A stretch of DNA of 64,000 nt, from the NCBI GenBank assembly GCA_965246885.1, contig OZ251992.1, positions 1,792,001-1,856,000 on the forward strand, written 5' to 3'. The notes beneath the pieces are model-generated. The model was not told where the DNA came from. It saw only the letters and a list, made by a program, of their open reading frames with translations, and ran no database searches. Positions 48,101-56,452 of this stretch are shown piece by piece (positions within the stretch are counted from its first letter, which is position 1; every line of letters begins with the position of its first letter). This DNA comes from Abditibacterium sp. (lineage in GTDB: Bacteria > Armatimonadota > Abditibacteriia > Abditibacteriales > Abditibacteriaceae). The position numbers and the translations under genes were made by a program.

Positions 48101-48515
48101 CTTGTGGTTCGACCTCGTGCGCCCCGGCGTCGGCACGCGCGTGTTGGCGAACTACGAACTGCACATCTCGACCGAGACCGCCAAGCGGCTGCGCGTTGCG
48201 GGTTTTCCCCCGGAGTTTCTCGATAGCGGCGACACGCGCGTGCGCTTCCCGGCTCTTGTGGCGTTTCGGGATGGCGCCGACAGCAAGGGCGAACTGCGCT
48301 CGGTGTATTTCGCTGGCGACGCTTCGGGCTATGCGGACAGGGATGAAACTATCGCGCGCTTCCCGGCGCTGGGCGGCGTCGAAAAGTGGACGAGCGCGCG
48401 CTTGGGCGCGTTCGGAACGCAGTTTTTCTGGGGCTACTACGAGCCGGTGCTCCGCAACGTTTTCGAGTCCACGCCGCGTTTGCGTTATGCTGGAACGGGG
48501 AAAACGCCGCATTAA
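45156..48515 (+). CDS. Cellulose-synthase-like processive GT2 fused to a large C-terminal domain (start uncertain)
   Basis: LLDD, FKAG, FDAD, QTPQ, FCCGT, TED, QQGRW, FGVTPK; no PilZ motif seen; roughly 500-aa domain after the last TM. Confidence 0.9.
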   Translation: MVCLLQKKRFKVASPDIRPGHDTPDWEGAARRARGARKKLAGDAGPSSPALTGAGRRLLWLIPLGLFFAALYALSVGLSLFRADYSPADRVASLLLGGALLFVLLHGLGYANSMIKALRASQAPPKLLFASANAPRVVCLVASFNEPPDVLEETIAGVCALDYPNKEVVLLDDSTQEAKRRAAADIARKYNVRCVQRVTRRGFKAGAINDFLPQISAPYIAMFDADALPAPGFLGEVVPHLGQNPRLGWVQTPQFYANIAVSYTALAASRQQSVFYEYICEGKSASRAAFCCGTNVVFARRALEDVGGFDENSVTEDFATSFALHRRGWDSLYLNRVGVFSLAPETLGAYFTQQGRWAFGSLGLFRPFMRAFFRNPRALSAGQWSEYGLSATYYWVGLVNFLFLCLPIAYIFFGVKPLRQDALTYLAVFLPYLAFSLHTFYAGMEGRGFAVGDMILGQQLGFLSFPTHIGAGISALLGRKRPFGVTPKGVGGRLSYWSLWPQLGMLLLSAVAGGWGLWRYFAGFDRNTTAALVNSFWALYHVWMLGSLFKLNRPARVGATQKAFFAPDGAAAPATLSPLRGGRNPLSLGRVTGALALASLLAVGTLAGVVLAWNRAPVYPVNVVVLDRTSAGAGREHRALLWTLDYLKVRGQKNGPLGNARATYDPNLDYFGAFFPPDAKAKRDPRSGQMVVTGVNRPLPAFLPTPGAMYIADTFGEFRARVGRGQKEALFRARKRGLNPKEIASIGDFAGRGGLLMGEWNTLGYPTRPGGFLPEAQLSRALEQARAEKARIERSALARAQDALDAAQATRDFRRIGWARGQLEDVRGQVVSAEYRVRALQSRALFNAVQAKQARAAKQLEGLFHTSYAGWYGRFVDDFAAETRYDPALYASVAADLKRRFGPHAPAPRGPGFVFYPDGEGETIDPQTGAILKSPFARPVAVLGADLGETPGAGLCQIVRTSDPALRADPLLRGVRAAVPARLWFDLVRPGVGTRVLANYELHISTETAKRLRVAGFPPEFLDSGDTRVRFPALVAFRDGADSKGELRSVYFAGDASGYADRDETIARFPALGGVEKWTSARLGAFGTQFFWGYYEPVLRNVFESTPRLRYAGTGKTPH

Positions 48516-48718
48516 GGCTCGCGTTCAGCTTGCGTGCCGTCGCCGAAATGGGGTGCGCGCGCGCCAAGGCGCGCCACATCAGTTAAAATAGCGCGAGGAA
48601 AGATGGCGCAAAGTTGTTTGTTGGCGCCTGTTTCTCGGTTTTGCGCGTCCCTGTCCCGCTTGTTGCGGGCGCACTCTTCATTTTGGTGGGCATACTCCAC
48701 CCGATTTTAAAAAAGTTT

Positions 48719-51700
48719 ATGAATCAATCGTTTATCGCTCCTGCCTTTCTTCTTGCGAGCACCTCGAACCGCGCGCGTTGCCTGCGTCGCGGCTTGCTAC
48801 TGAGCGGCGCGACGGGCGCGTTCTTGGCGACGGGCGTCCCGTCAGTTTTGGCCGCCTCGCTCGCACCCAAAGCCCCCGCGACTGCCAGCACCGCTTCCTC
48901 CGATGCAACGCTTTCGCTTTTAAAAAGCGCGCGCACACAAGAAGCGGCGGGTTCGCTCGCTTTGGCCGCCGTCCAACTGCGCGCGGCGATGGTGCAGTCG
49001 CCGCATGACCCCGCCGTCGCGCGCGAACTGGCACGTTTTTATACGCGTCAAAACCGCTTGGAAGAAGCGAGCATCGAGTGGCAACGCGTCCTCATCTTGC
49101 GCTCCCACGACGCCGAAGCGACCCGCGAACTGGCGCGCCTGCGCACTCTGACAGTCACGTCCACGCCCGAAGGCGCAACCGGCGTGGCCGATGTCGCGCC
49201 CTTGCCGCCCGTTGCTGGCCCGGCGCCCGCCGTGCGCGCGCAGTCCGCGCAGCACGCCAAGGGCGCGCCGCTTCCCCCCGTCGCCCCATCGGACGCAACG
49301 GAAGTGGCGTCCGGTGCAACGCTTCTGGCCCAAACTCCCCCCGACGACGCGCCGATGGCGCTTCCCTCCTCATCGGCCTCTGCTTCCGCTACGCCTGCAA
49401 CGGATGCCACCGATGACCTAACGGATGCGCCCGCTCCGGCCCCGGCGCCCCGCGCCCCGGTCGCGGCGGCCACCGATGTCGCGCCGCTTCCGTTTTCCCT
49501 GCCCGCGCGCCAAGGGGTTTACGCCTCGAAGAAAGCCCGCGCCGCCGCTTATCCCTTTGTCAACCGCGCCGCGCAATTGCTTCAAGCGGGACGCACCCAA
49601 GACGCCCTCGCCCAATACCGGCGCGGCGCCGAGCTTGACCCCGCCAACCCCTACGCCTTGCCCGGCGTGGCGACCGCCCAACTGATTCTGGGCCGCTTCG
49701 ACGATTCCGCCGCGACCCAGCGCCGCTTCTTGGCCGTTGCGCCCGCGTCCGCCGTAGATAAGTCGCTGCGCGACCTCGCCAACGCCCTGACCTACGGGCG
49801 CCGCTACCGCGAAGCGCTGGGCGTCAACGCTTTCATCTTGTCGCGTCAGCCGAACTCCTTCGATGCCGCTTTCCAGAACGGGCAAATCTACACCTACCTG
49901 CGCTCCTACAACAGCGCCGACGCCGCTTTTCAGCGCGCGCTTTTGATTGACGATTCCCGCGCCGATATGCTCGCCGCGTATGGCGAATCGCTGTCTTATC
50001 GCCGCGACCCGCGCGCCGTTGGAGTGTTCCAACGCGGCTTGCAAAAGCAACCGGGTAACCCCCGCCTCACGCTCGGTCTGGCCAACTACTACTCCTACGC
50101 GGGCCAGTTCGGGCAGGCCATCCCGCTTTTGCGCTCCGTCTTAGCCAAAGACTCCAAGAACGTTCCCGCGCTCATCGCCCTTGGCGACGCTTTGTCGTAC
50201 TCCGGCCAATCGGACGGTGCCGCTTCTGCCGTCACCTACTACCGCCGTGCCCACAATTTGCAGCCGGGTAGCCGCGCCGCGACTGTCGGCCTTGGCCGCG
50301 CCCTCGTGTACTCGAAGAACTACGCCGAAGGCGCGCGGCTTTTGAACGCTGCCGTCGCTGCCGACCCCAGCGATACAAGCGCCCTCGAAGCCCTCGCCCT
50401 CGCGCAAGGGCTGATGAAGCCCCCCTCGCCCAACGCCGGGAACAGCTACCGCAAGTTGCTCGCGCTCCAGTCTGACCCGGCGGCGCGCGCCCGCACCCTC
50501 GCTTCCATCGGCGATTTGCAGCTGAGCCGCACCGACGGCATCGGCGCCGCCACCAACTCCTACGCGCAGGCCGCGCAACTGGCACCGCGCGACCCCAAAA
50601 TCGCCCTCACCTACGCCCAGTTGCTTTCGTATTCGCCCAGTAGCGCGACCAATGGCGCCGCCACTGCAAGCGCCGCGCGCCGTGCCCTTGCGCTTGCGCC
50701 CAACAACCCGCAAGCCCTCGCCATTTTGCTGCGCGCTTCGCTTGAAACGGGCGACCACGCGACGGCCAACCAAATCGCCGCGCAGTTGCAAAACACCACG
50801 CCCGGCAACGCCGAAGACTCGCTCGCCCTCGCCCAAGCGTTGCGTGACGCTTCGCTTCCCACCGACCCGAACAACGCCGCGACGGGCAATCCCGCCTTGG
50901 CCGAAGCGTCGCGCAAGCTGCTGTTCCGCGCCGTGTCGCAAGTGAACAAGCCCGAAACCGCGCTCCGCTTGGCCGACGCCACCCGCGACGCGGGCGATTA
51001 TCCGACCGCAACGGCGCTTTATCAGCGCCTCTTGCAAACGCGCCCCAACGACAAAGCGGCGCGCTTGGGCTTGGTCAAAACCCTCTTCTACTCGAACAAC
51101 ACGACTGAAGCGCAATCGCAAGCCTCCGCCTTGCTCGCGGCCTCGCCGGGTGACGCGGACGTGCAAATCTTGGCGGCGCAAATCCTCATGCGCGTCGGCA
51201 CGCCCGAATCGCGCGACCAAGCCGCGCGCTTGGCCAACGCGGTGCTCACACAGAACCCGCGTAGCGCCGACGCCCGCACCATCCTTTCGGAGGCTTTAGT
51301 CACGCGCCAACGCTTCGCCGAGGCTCTTCAGCAATCCCAAGCCGCTGTCGCCGCCGACCCGAACAACCTGCGCGCGCTTCTCTCCCTCGCGCAAAACCTT
51401 AACTACACCCGCGACATCGAAGGCTCCATCGCTCGCTACCGCCAACTCATCCAACTCGCGGCTGCCGACACCACACCGCGCCTCGAACTGGGACAAATCC
51501 TGTTAGACCGGGGGCGCTACGCCGAAGCCGAAGCGCTCTATAACGAGGTGCTCATCCTGCGTCGCGGCGTCGCCCTTTTGCCGACGGTGCGCCGTGCCCT
51601 CGCGTCCAACTCCTTGCGCCGCTTGTCGCCCGATGCCGTCTCGATGCGCGCTTTGGCGCTCGTGACACCGCGCGTCCACAAGCACCGCGTCGTGGTGAAC

Positions 51701-54652
51701 GCGCCCGTTTTGCTCGCGCAGAACGCGACCGTTTCTACGCCCGCTTCGCCCGCCGCTCCTGCCGCTGCGGGCAATCTGGGTAGCGCGGCGGCGAGCGGCG
51801 AAACCGCGACGGGTTCCGCGTCCGCGCCCTCGGAAACAGCGCCCGCCGCCACGACCGCAACCACTCCTGACGATTCGACGACTCCTTCCTCGTCGCCCGT
51901 CACGTCGTTGCCAGCGACGCCCTCGCGTCCGCTTCCGGCGACCGACTCGCCCTTGCGCGCCGCTTCCGAGGATGAACTTGCGGCTCTGCGCGGGCTGGGC
52001 GAGTCGCGCTTGCGCCAAAGCCAATACCCGTCGGCGCTTGAGTTCTTCAACCGCGCTTTAGCCCTCAACGCCAACGACGCCGTTGCCCGCACCGGCGCCG
52101 CCCGCGCCCTGCGCGGTCAGAATCAGTTCGCCGCTGCGCTTCAACAAGTGCAGCAAGCCCTCACGGTGGATGCCAACTCCATCCCCGCGCGCGTTTTGCA
52201 AGCGCAACTGCTCGCCGACACCGGCCAAACCGACGCCGCCAACGCGCAACTGCAGGAACTCATCACTCTCATCGCCAACCAGCCCGCAGGGTCGGTCACG
52301 CAGGTTGAGTCCTACACGCAAATCGCGCTCGCGCTCAACTCCCTCAACCAATTCCCAACTTCGCTGCAATTGCTCGACCGCGCCGTCAAGCAGTATCCGT
52401 CCGAGCCGTCGCTCGAACGCTTGCGCGCCGAAACCCTCGGCTTTACCGGCCAAACCGACGAAGCCGCGATCGCCTTCGATAAGCTCATCGCCACTGACCC
52501 GCGCGATGTGGACGCGGTGATTGGCAAGGCGCGCGTCTACAACTACGCCAACCGCTTGCCCGAAGCCGAAGCGACCTACCGCCAAGCCTTGCAGGTGGCG
52601 AGCGGCAACACGACGGCCCAAGGCGAACTCGCCGAAGTGCTCGGACGGCGCGGCAACTATACCGAAGCCATCTCGCTCTACCAAAGCGCCATCACCGCCG
52701 ACCCCTCCAAGCTGTCGCTGCGCGTCAACCTCGCGCGCTTGCAACGCAGCAACAACCAGCCCGCCGACGCCGAAGCGACCCTCAACCAAGTTCTCGACGC
52801 CGACGCCAACAACGTGGACGCCCTCGTCGAGCGCGGCCTGATTCGCGGCGCGAGCGGCAACACCGCGCCCGCCTTGGCCGACATCAATCGCGCCCTCGCC
52901 ATCGCCCCCAACTCGCCCACAGCCCAGCTTGGCTTGGCCGAAGTGCAGCAATACGCGGGCGATTTCCCGGCTTCCATCGCCTCCTACCAAACGTTCCTCA
53001 AGAGTAGCCCCAACGACGCCCGCGCCCGCACCGAACTGGCGCAGGTGCTCTCCTACGCGGGCCGCAACACCGAAGCACTAACGGAACTCGACACGGTGCT
53101 GGCCAAGACGCCCAACGACGACCGCGCCTTGCTCGCGCGCGCTGACGTCTTGTCGCGTTCCAACCGCGCGCCCGAAGCTATCAGCATTTACAACGCGCTT
53201 CTCACCCGCGACCCGAAGAACGTGCAAGCGCAAGTCGGCTTGGGCGATGCCTTGCTGTATGCGCGCCGCTACCCCGACGCCATCCGTACCTACGACGCGA
53301 TTTTGGCCAGCGAGCCGAACAATACTGCCGTGCGCATCTCGCGCGCCCGCGCCCTGTCGTATTCGGGCCGCTCGCGCGAAGCGGTCAGCGCGCTCCGTGC
53401 CCTCGTTGCGTCCGACGCTTCCAATGTTCCCGCGCGCTTGGCTTTGGCCGAAGCGGGCGCCAACTCCGGTAACGCCACGCTTCAGCGCGATGCCATCGGC
53501 GAATACCGCTCCATCCTCAAGACCAATCCCGACAACCTCAACGCCCAATTGGGCTTGGCGCGCGTCTTGTCCTATCGCGGACAAAACGCCGAAGCGGAGC
53601 GCATCTTGAAGACCGTTCTGCGCGCCAACCCCGGCAACTCCGAAGCACTCGTTGCCCTTGGTGACGCGCAACGATTTGCGGGCGCCCCTTTCGCCGCCAA
53701 AGCGAGCTACAAGGGCGCAGAGCGTGTAGGCAACGCGAGCGCCGCGACGCTGACCAGTGCCCGCAACGGATTGCGCGCCGTCAACCGCGCCACCACGCCT
53801 TCCATCGGTGTTTTTGGCTCCTACTACCACGACACCAACGGCGTGCGTTTGCGTTCGGTCGGTGAAAACGCCATTCTGCGCACGTCCGCGCTCACCATCG
53901 GCGTCCTCGCCGATCAGGGCCGCTTCCGCCAAGGCAACCGCGCTTCTCGCAACCGCAGCGATTACGGCTTGCTCCTCGCGCGTGGCTTTGGGCCATTCGC
54001 CGCGCAACTCATCGTGTCGCGCCTCAAATACACCGGCGTCAAGGAGAAGACCCTCTTCGACCTCAGCCTCAACCGCGACTTCTCGCCGCGTCGCCGCGTC
54101 AACTTCGACATCGCGCGCCGCGACGTGTTCGAGACTGACCTCGCCGTCGGGCGCGGCATCACGGCGGACATTTACAATGTGTCCGCTTCGACGCCGCTCG
54201 GCAGTCGCTTCGACCTCGACGGCACAGCGACCTATTACAACTACTCGGACAACAACTCGCGCTACACCTTGTCGCCCGCGCTGATGTTCCGCTTCGCCCC
54301 GACCAACCCGACGCTTCGTGTCGGCGTGGGCTACACCTACGACAACACGCGCCAGCGCCGCGACTCGCCGTTCGTGTACTACACGCCGCAAAACTTCAAC
54401 GCCGCCGCGATCTTGGCCGACTACATCGTGACCCAAGGCGCCACCCGCTACGGCTTGTCGGGCGCCGTCCCGCTCACCAAGTCCACCGGCAACAACAACA
54501 TTGACCGGCCCGCCGACACCTTGTTCGGCTTCTTGGAGCGCGACCTCGGCGATAACCTCGACTTCAACGTCCGGGGCGGCATCGTCCGCGTGCCCCGGCG
54601 CGGGGGGTATCGCTCCGACCAAGTGTCGGCAGGCGTCAACCTCCACTTCTAA
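48719..54652 (+). CDS. Giant TPR protein with a C-terminal outer-membrane beta-barrel (BcsC/PgaA-like exporter)
   Basis: Signal-like N-terminus, dozens of TPR-type A..Y..AL...P.N..A...LA units, amphipathic beta strands, YYTPQ motif, terminal ..GVNLHF. Confidence 0.88.
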   Translation: MNQSFIAPAFLLASTSNRARCLRRGLLLSGATGAFLATGVPSVLAASLAPKAPATASTASSDATLSLLKSARTQEAAGSLALAAVQLRAAMVQSPHDPAVARELARFYTRQNRLEEASIEWQRVLILRSHDAEATRELARLRTLTVTSTPEGATGVADVAPLPPVAGPAPAVRAQSAQHAKGAPLPPVAPSDATEVASGATLLAQTPPDDAPMALPSSSASASATPATDATDDLTDAPAPAPAPRAPVAAATDVAPLPFSLPARQGVYASKKARAAAYPFVNRAAQLLQAGRTQDALAQYRRGAELDPANPYALPGVATAQLILGRFDDSAATQRRFLAVAPASAVDKSLRDLANALTYGRRYREALGVNAFILSRQPNSFDAAFQNGQIYTYLRSYNSADAAFQRALLIDDSRADMLAAYGESLSYRRDPRAVGVFQRGLQKQPGNPRLTLGLANYYSYAGQFGQAIPLLRSVLAKDSKNVPALIALGDALSYSGQSDGAASAVTYYRRAHNLQPGSRAATVGLGRALVYSKNYAEGARLLNAAVAADPSDTSALEALALAQGLMKPPSPNAGNSYRKLLALQSDPAARARTLASIGDLQLSRTDGIGAATNSYAQAAQLAPRDPKIALTYAQLLSYSPSSATNGAATASAARRALALAPNNPQALAILLRASLETGDHATANQIAAQLQNTTPGNAEDSLALAQALRDASLPTDPNNAATGNPALAEASRKLLFRAVSQVNKPETALRLADATRDAGDYPTATALYQRLLQTRPNDKAARLGLVKTLFYSNNTTEAQSQASALLAASPGDADVQILAAQILMRVGTPESRDQAARLANAVLTQNPRSADARTILSEALVTRQRFAEALQQSQAAVAADPNNLRALLSLAQNLNYTRDIEGSIARYRQLIQLAAADTTPRLELGQILLDRGRYAEAEALYNEVLILRRGVALLPTVRRALASNSLRRLSPDAVSMRALALVTPRVHKHRVVVNAPVLLAQNATVSTPASPAAPAAAGNLGSAAASGETATGSASAPSETAPAATTATTPDDSTTPSSSPVTSLPATPSRPLPATDSPLRAASEDELAALRGLGESRLRQSQYPSALEFFNRALALNANDAVARTGAARALRGQNQFAAALQQVQQALTVDANSIPARVLQAQLLADTGQTDAANAQLQELITLIANQPAGSVTQVESYTQIALALNSLNQFPTSLQLLDRAVKQYPSEPSLERLRAETLGFTGQTDEAAIAFDKLIATDPRDVDAVIGKARVYNYANRLPEAEATYRQALQVASGNTTAQGELAEVLGRRGNYTEAISLYQSAITADPSKLSLRVNLARLQRSNNQPADAEATLNQVLDADANNVDALVERGLIRGASGNTAPALADINRALAIAPNSPTAQLGLAEVQQYAGDFPASIASYQTFLKSSPNDARARTELAQVLSYAGRNTEALTELDTVLAKTPNDDRALLARADVLSRSNRAPEAISIYNALLTRDPKNVQAQVGLGDALLYARRYPDAIRTYDAILASEPNNTAVRISRARALSYSGRSREAVSALRALVASDASNVPARLALAEAGANSGNATLQRDAIGEYRSILKTNPDNLNAQLGLARVLSYRGQNAEAERILKTVLRANPGNSEALVALGDAQRFAGAPFAAKASYKGAERVGNASAATLTSARNGLRAVNRATTPSIGVFGSYYHDTNGVRLRSVGENAILRTSALTIGVLADQGRFRQGNRASRNRSDYGLLLARGFGPFAAQLIVSRLKYTGVKEKTLFDLSLNRDFSPRRRVNFDIARRDVFETDLAVGRGITADIYNVSASTPLGSRFDLDGTATYYNYSDNNSRYTLSPALMFRFAPTNPTLRVGVGYTYDNTRQRRDSPFVYYTPQNFNAAAILADYIVTQGATRYGLSGAVPLTKSTGNNNIDRPADTLFGFLERDLGDNLDFNVRGGIVRVPRRGGYRSDQVSAGVNLHF

Positions 54653-54677
54653 AACGGGAGAGGGGATATAGGGAAAT

Positions 54678-54746
54678 GGACTGGAAGGAGGCGGCAGCCC
54701 CGTCTACTGCTTTGTAGCAGGCGGGGCTACCGCCTCCTTCCAATCC
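54678..54746. repeat. REP-like doublet, family of 3502-3574
   Basis: ggactggaaggaggcggcagccccg ... cggggctaccgcctccttccaatcc. Confidence 0.82.
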
Positions 54747-54765
54747 ACTTTTTCTAAATGCGCGC

Positions 54766-54795
54766 TTGACCGAAGTGCCCACTTCGCGTTATCCT
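54766..54795 (+). promoter_or_regulatory. Probable promoter of the tRNA-Cys/Gln pair
   Basis: TTGACC-18 nt-TATCCT. Confidence 0.55.
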
Positions 54796-54818
54796 TTGCT
54801 TTCGCTCTTTAAGGAGTT

Positions 54819-54889
54819 GGCTCTGTGGCCGAGGGGTTAGGCACCGGTCTGCAAAACCGTCTACACCAGTTCGACTCTGGTCGGAGCCT
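54819..54889 (+). tRNA. tRNA-Cys (GCA)
   Basis: GGCTCTG acceptor, CT-GCA-AA loop, GTTCGACTC, U discriminator. Confidence 0.93.
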
Positions 54890-54911
54890 TTGCTATAATC
54901 TGTAGCGACTT

Positions 54912-54983
54912 TGGGGAATGGCCAAATGGTAAGGCACCTGTCTCTGGATCAGGCGATTCAAGGTTCGAGTCCTTGTTCCCCAG
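54912..54983 (+). tRNA. tRNA-Gln (CTG)
   Basis: TGGGGAA/TTCCCCA acceptor, CT-CTG-GA loop, GGTTCGAGTCC. Confidence 0.94.
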
Positions 54984-54986
54984 CGA

Positions 54987-55029
54987 GAAAAGCCCGTAAA
55001 CTTCATCGAAGTTTACGGGCTTTTGTTTT
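54987..55029 (+). terminator. Terminator after tRNA-Gln
   Basis: aaaagcccgtaaactt...aagtttacgggctttt-gtttt. Confidence 0.85.
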
Positions 55030-55123
55030 GGCTTGAATAGCCTGCTTCCAGCGCGCTTCGCCGCGCGCCTTTCGGAGCACTCAGGTGCTTTGCGCGCCCA
55101 TCCGAACGAGGTAAGATAACGTT

Positions 55124-56239
55124 ATGCCCAACGCCCTGAACGGCTCACTTCTGCTGTTGGCCGCGACGCTGGCGTGCCCCCTCGCGGGCCGTGCGTGCAT
55201 CACCGTCGAATACGCGCATGCGATCGGTGAACCCATTCGCGTTACCGACGAATCGGCGCTCATCGTGTGGAACGCGAAGACGGGGCAGGAACAGTTCGTG
55301 CGCCGCGCCGACTTCCAAACCCACGCCAAGGGCTTCGGCTTTCTGGTGCCCACGCCCACGAAGCCGACGCTCAGCGCTGCCAAGGACGGGCTGTTTAACA
55401 ATTTGGAGTTCGAGCTTTTGCCGAAGAAGAAAACCGAAGTGCAGTGGAGAGTGGGCTTCACGCCGTTGCTGCTCTTGATATTGGCATGGGCGGGAGAGGG
55501 CCGCGAGACTGCGGGGAGCGAATCCGTTTCCAACTCCCCAGCATCAGGCGGGCTTGAGCGAGCCGTCGAGGTTGTCGAGCAGAAGCGGGTGGGGGATTAC
55601 AACGCGAGCGTGTTGCGGGCGAGCGATACCGCGACGTTGGCGGCGTGGCTCCGCGACCACAAATACGCGGTCACGCCCGACACGCGCGACTGGTTGGCGC
55701 CGTATGTGCGGCACGACTTCTACATCACCGCCTTCCAGATCGTCGCAGACGCCCGCAACGAGAGCGCCCAAGCGGGCGCGGTCAACCTCTCTTTCCAAAC
55801 GCCCGCGCCGTTTTACCCCTACCGCGAAACCAAAGCCGCGCAGAAGATGGCGGGTGGGCGCAGTTTGCGGGTGTTTTACGTGGGCGCCGAGCGCGTCGAA
55901 GGGCGCATTGAGAATGGAGCGAAATCGGGGGAGTGGAAAAGCGCGGTGGATTATTCGGCGCCCTTTGATGCCCAGAGGCTACAAGCGCAGGGGTTGGCCG
56001 CTCCTGATGGGCAGTTGCGCTTGACGGCGTTTCACGATTATACCTCGCCGCGTCCCGGTTGGGGCGACTTGCACTTCGCGCCATCGGGCGACCAGACGGA
56101 AATCACGCCGCCGCCGATAATTACCTACGAAGACAAGAGGATTCCCTTGCCGCTTGATGCCCTCGCGCTTTTGGGAGCAGTGGCGGTGTGGCGATGGCGT
56201 AGGCGTGCCGCGCGAAGACAGACGGCGGCGACGCGATGA
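55124..56239 (+). CDS. DUF2330-like exported protein
   Basis: AC start after signal, E.ALIVW, FGFLVPTP.KP, VG.Y...VL, L..WL....Y, LAPYV; C-terminal TM plus Arg tail. Confidence 0.8.
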   Translation: MPNALNGSLLLLAATLACPLAGRACITVEYAHAIGEPIRVTDESALIVWNAKTGQEQFVRRADFQTHAKGFGFLVPTPTKPTLSAAKDGLFNNLEFELLPKKKTEVQWRVGFTPLLLLILAWAGEGRETAGSESVSNSPASGGLERAVEVVEQKRVGDYNASVLRASDTATLAAWLRDHKYAVTPDTRDWLAPYVRHDFYITAFQIVADARNESAQAGAVNLSFQTPAPFYPYRETKAAQKMAGGRSLRVFYVGAERVEGRIENGAKSGEWKSAVDYSAPFDAQRLQAQGLAAPDGQLRLTAFHDYTSPRPGWGDLHFAPSGDQTEITPPPIITYEDKRIPLPLDALALLGAVAVWRWRRRAARRQTAATR

Positions 56240-56335
56240 GGGATGTCTGTCACTGCTCGGCGGACGTCTGTCATTCATCCCCAGACGTCTGTCACTGAGT
56301 CCCAGAGGCCCGTCTTCGCTCGACAGACGTCTGTC
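56240..56335. repeat. 21-nt-period array of CAGACGTCTGTC cores, 5 units
   Basis: Cores at 56242, 56263, 56284, 56305, 56326; same family as 30941-31058. Confidence 0.88.
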
Positions 56336-56452
56336 CGCAACCCGTTTGTGTAGGGTTATGGGCTTACGTGGGGGGCGGCGAATGGCGCGAAGGCGGCGCG
56401 TCGGTTACATTGTTTTCTGGCGTTTCTTTAGGGGAGCGTTCCAGTCGTCCTT

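Noticed and set aside
54819..55124. tRNA-anchored genomic island
   Set aside because: No integrase and no duplicated tRNA 3' end found for any of the four tRNAs
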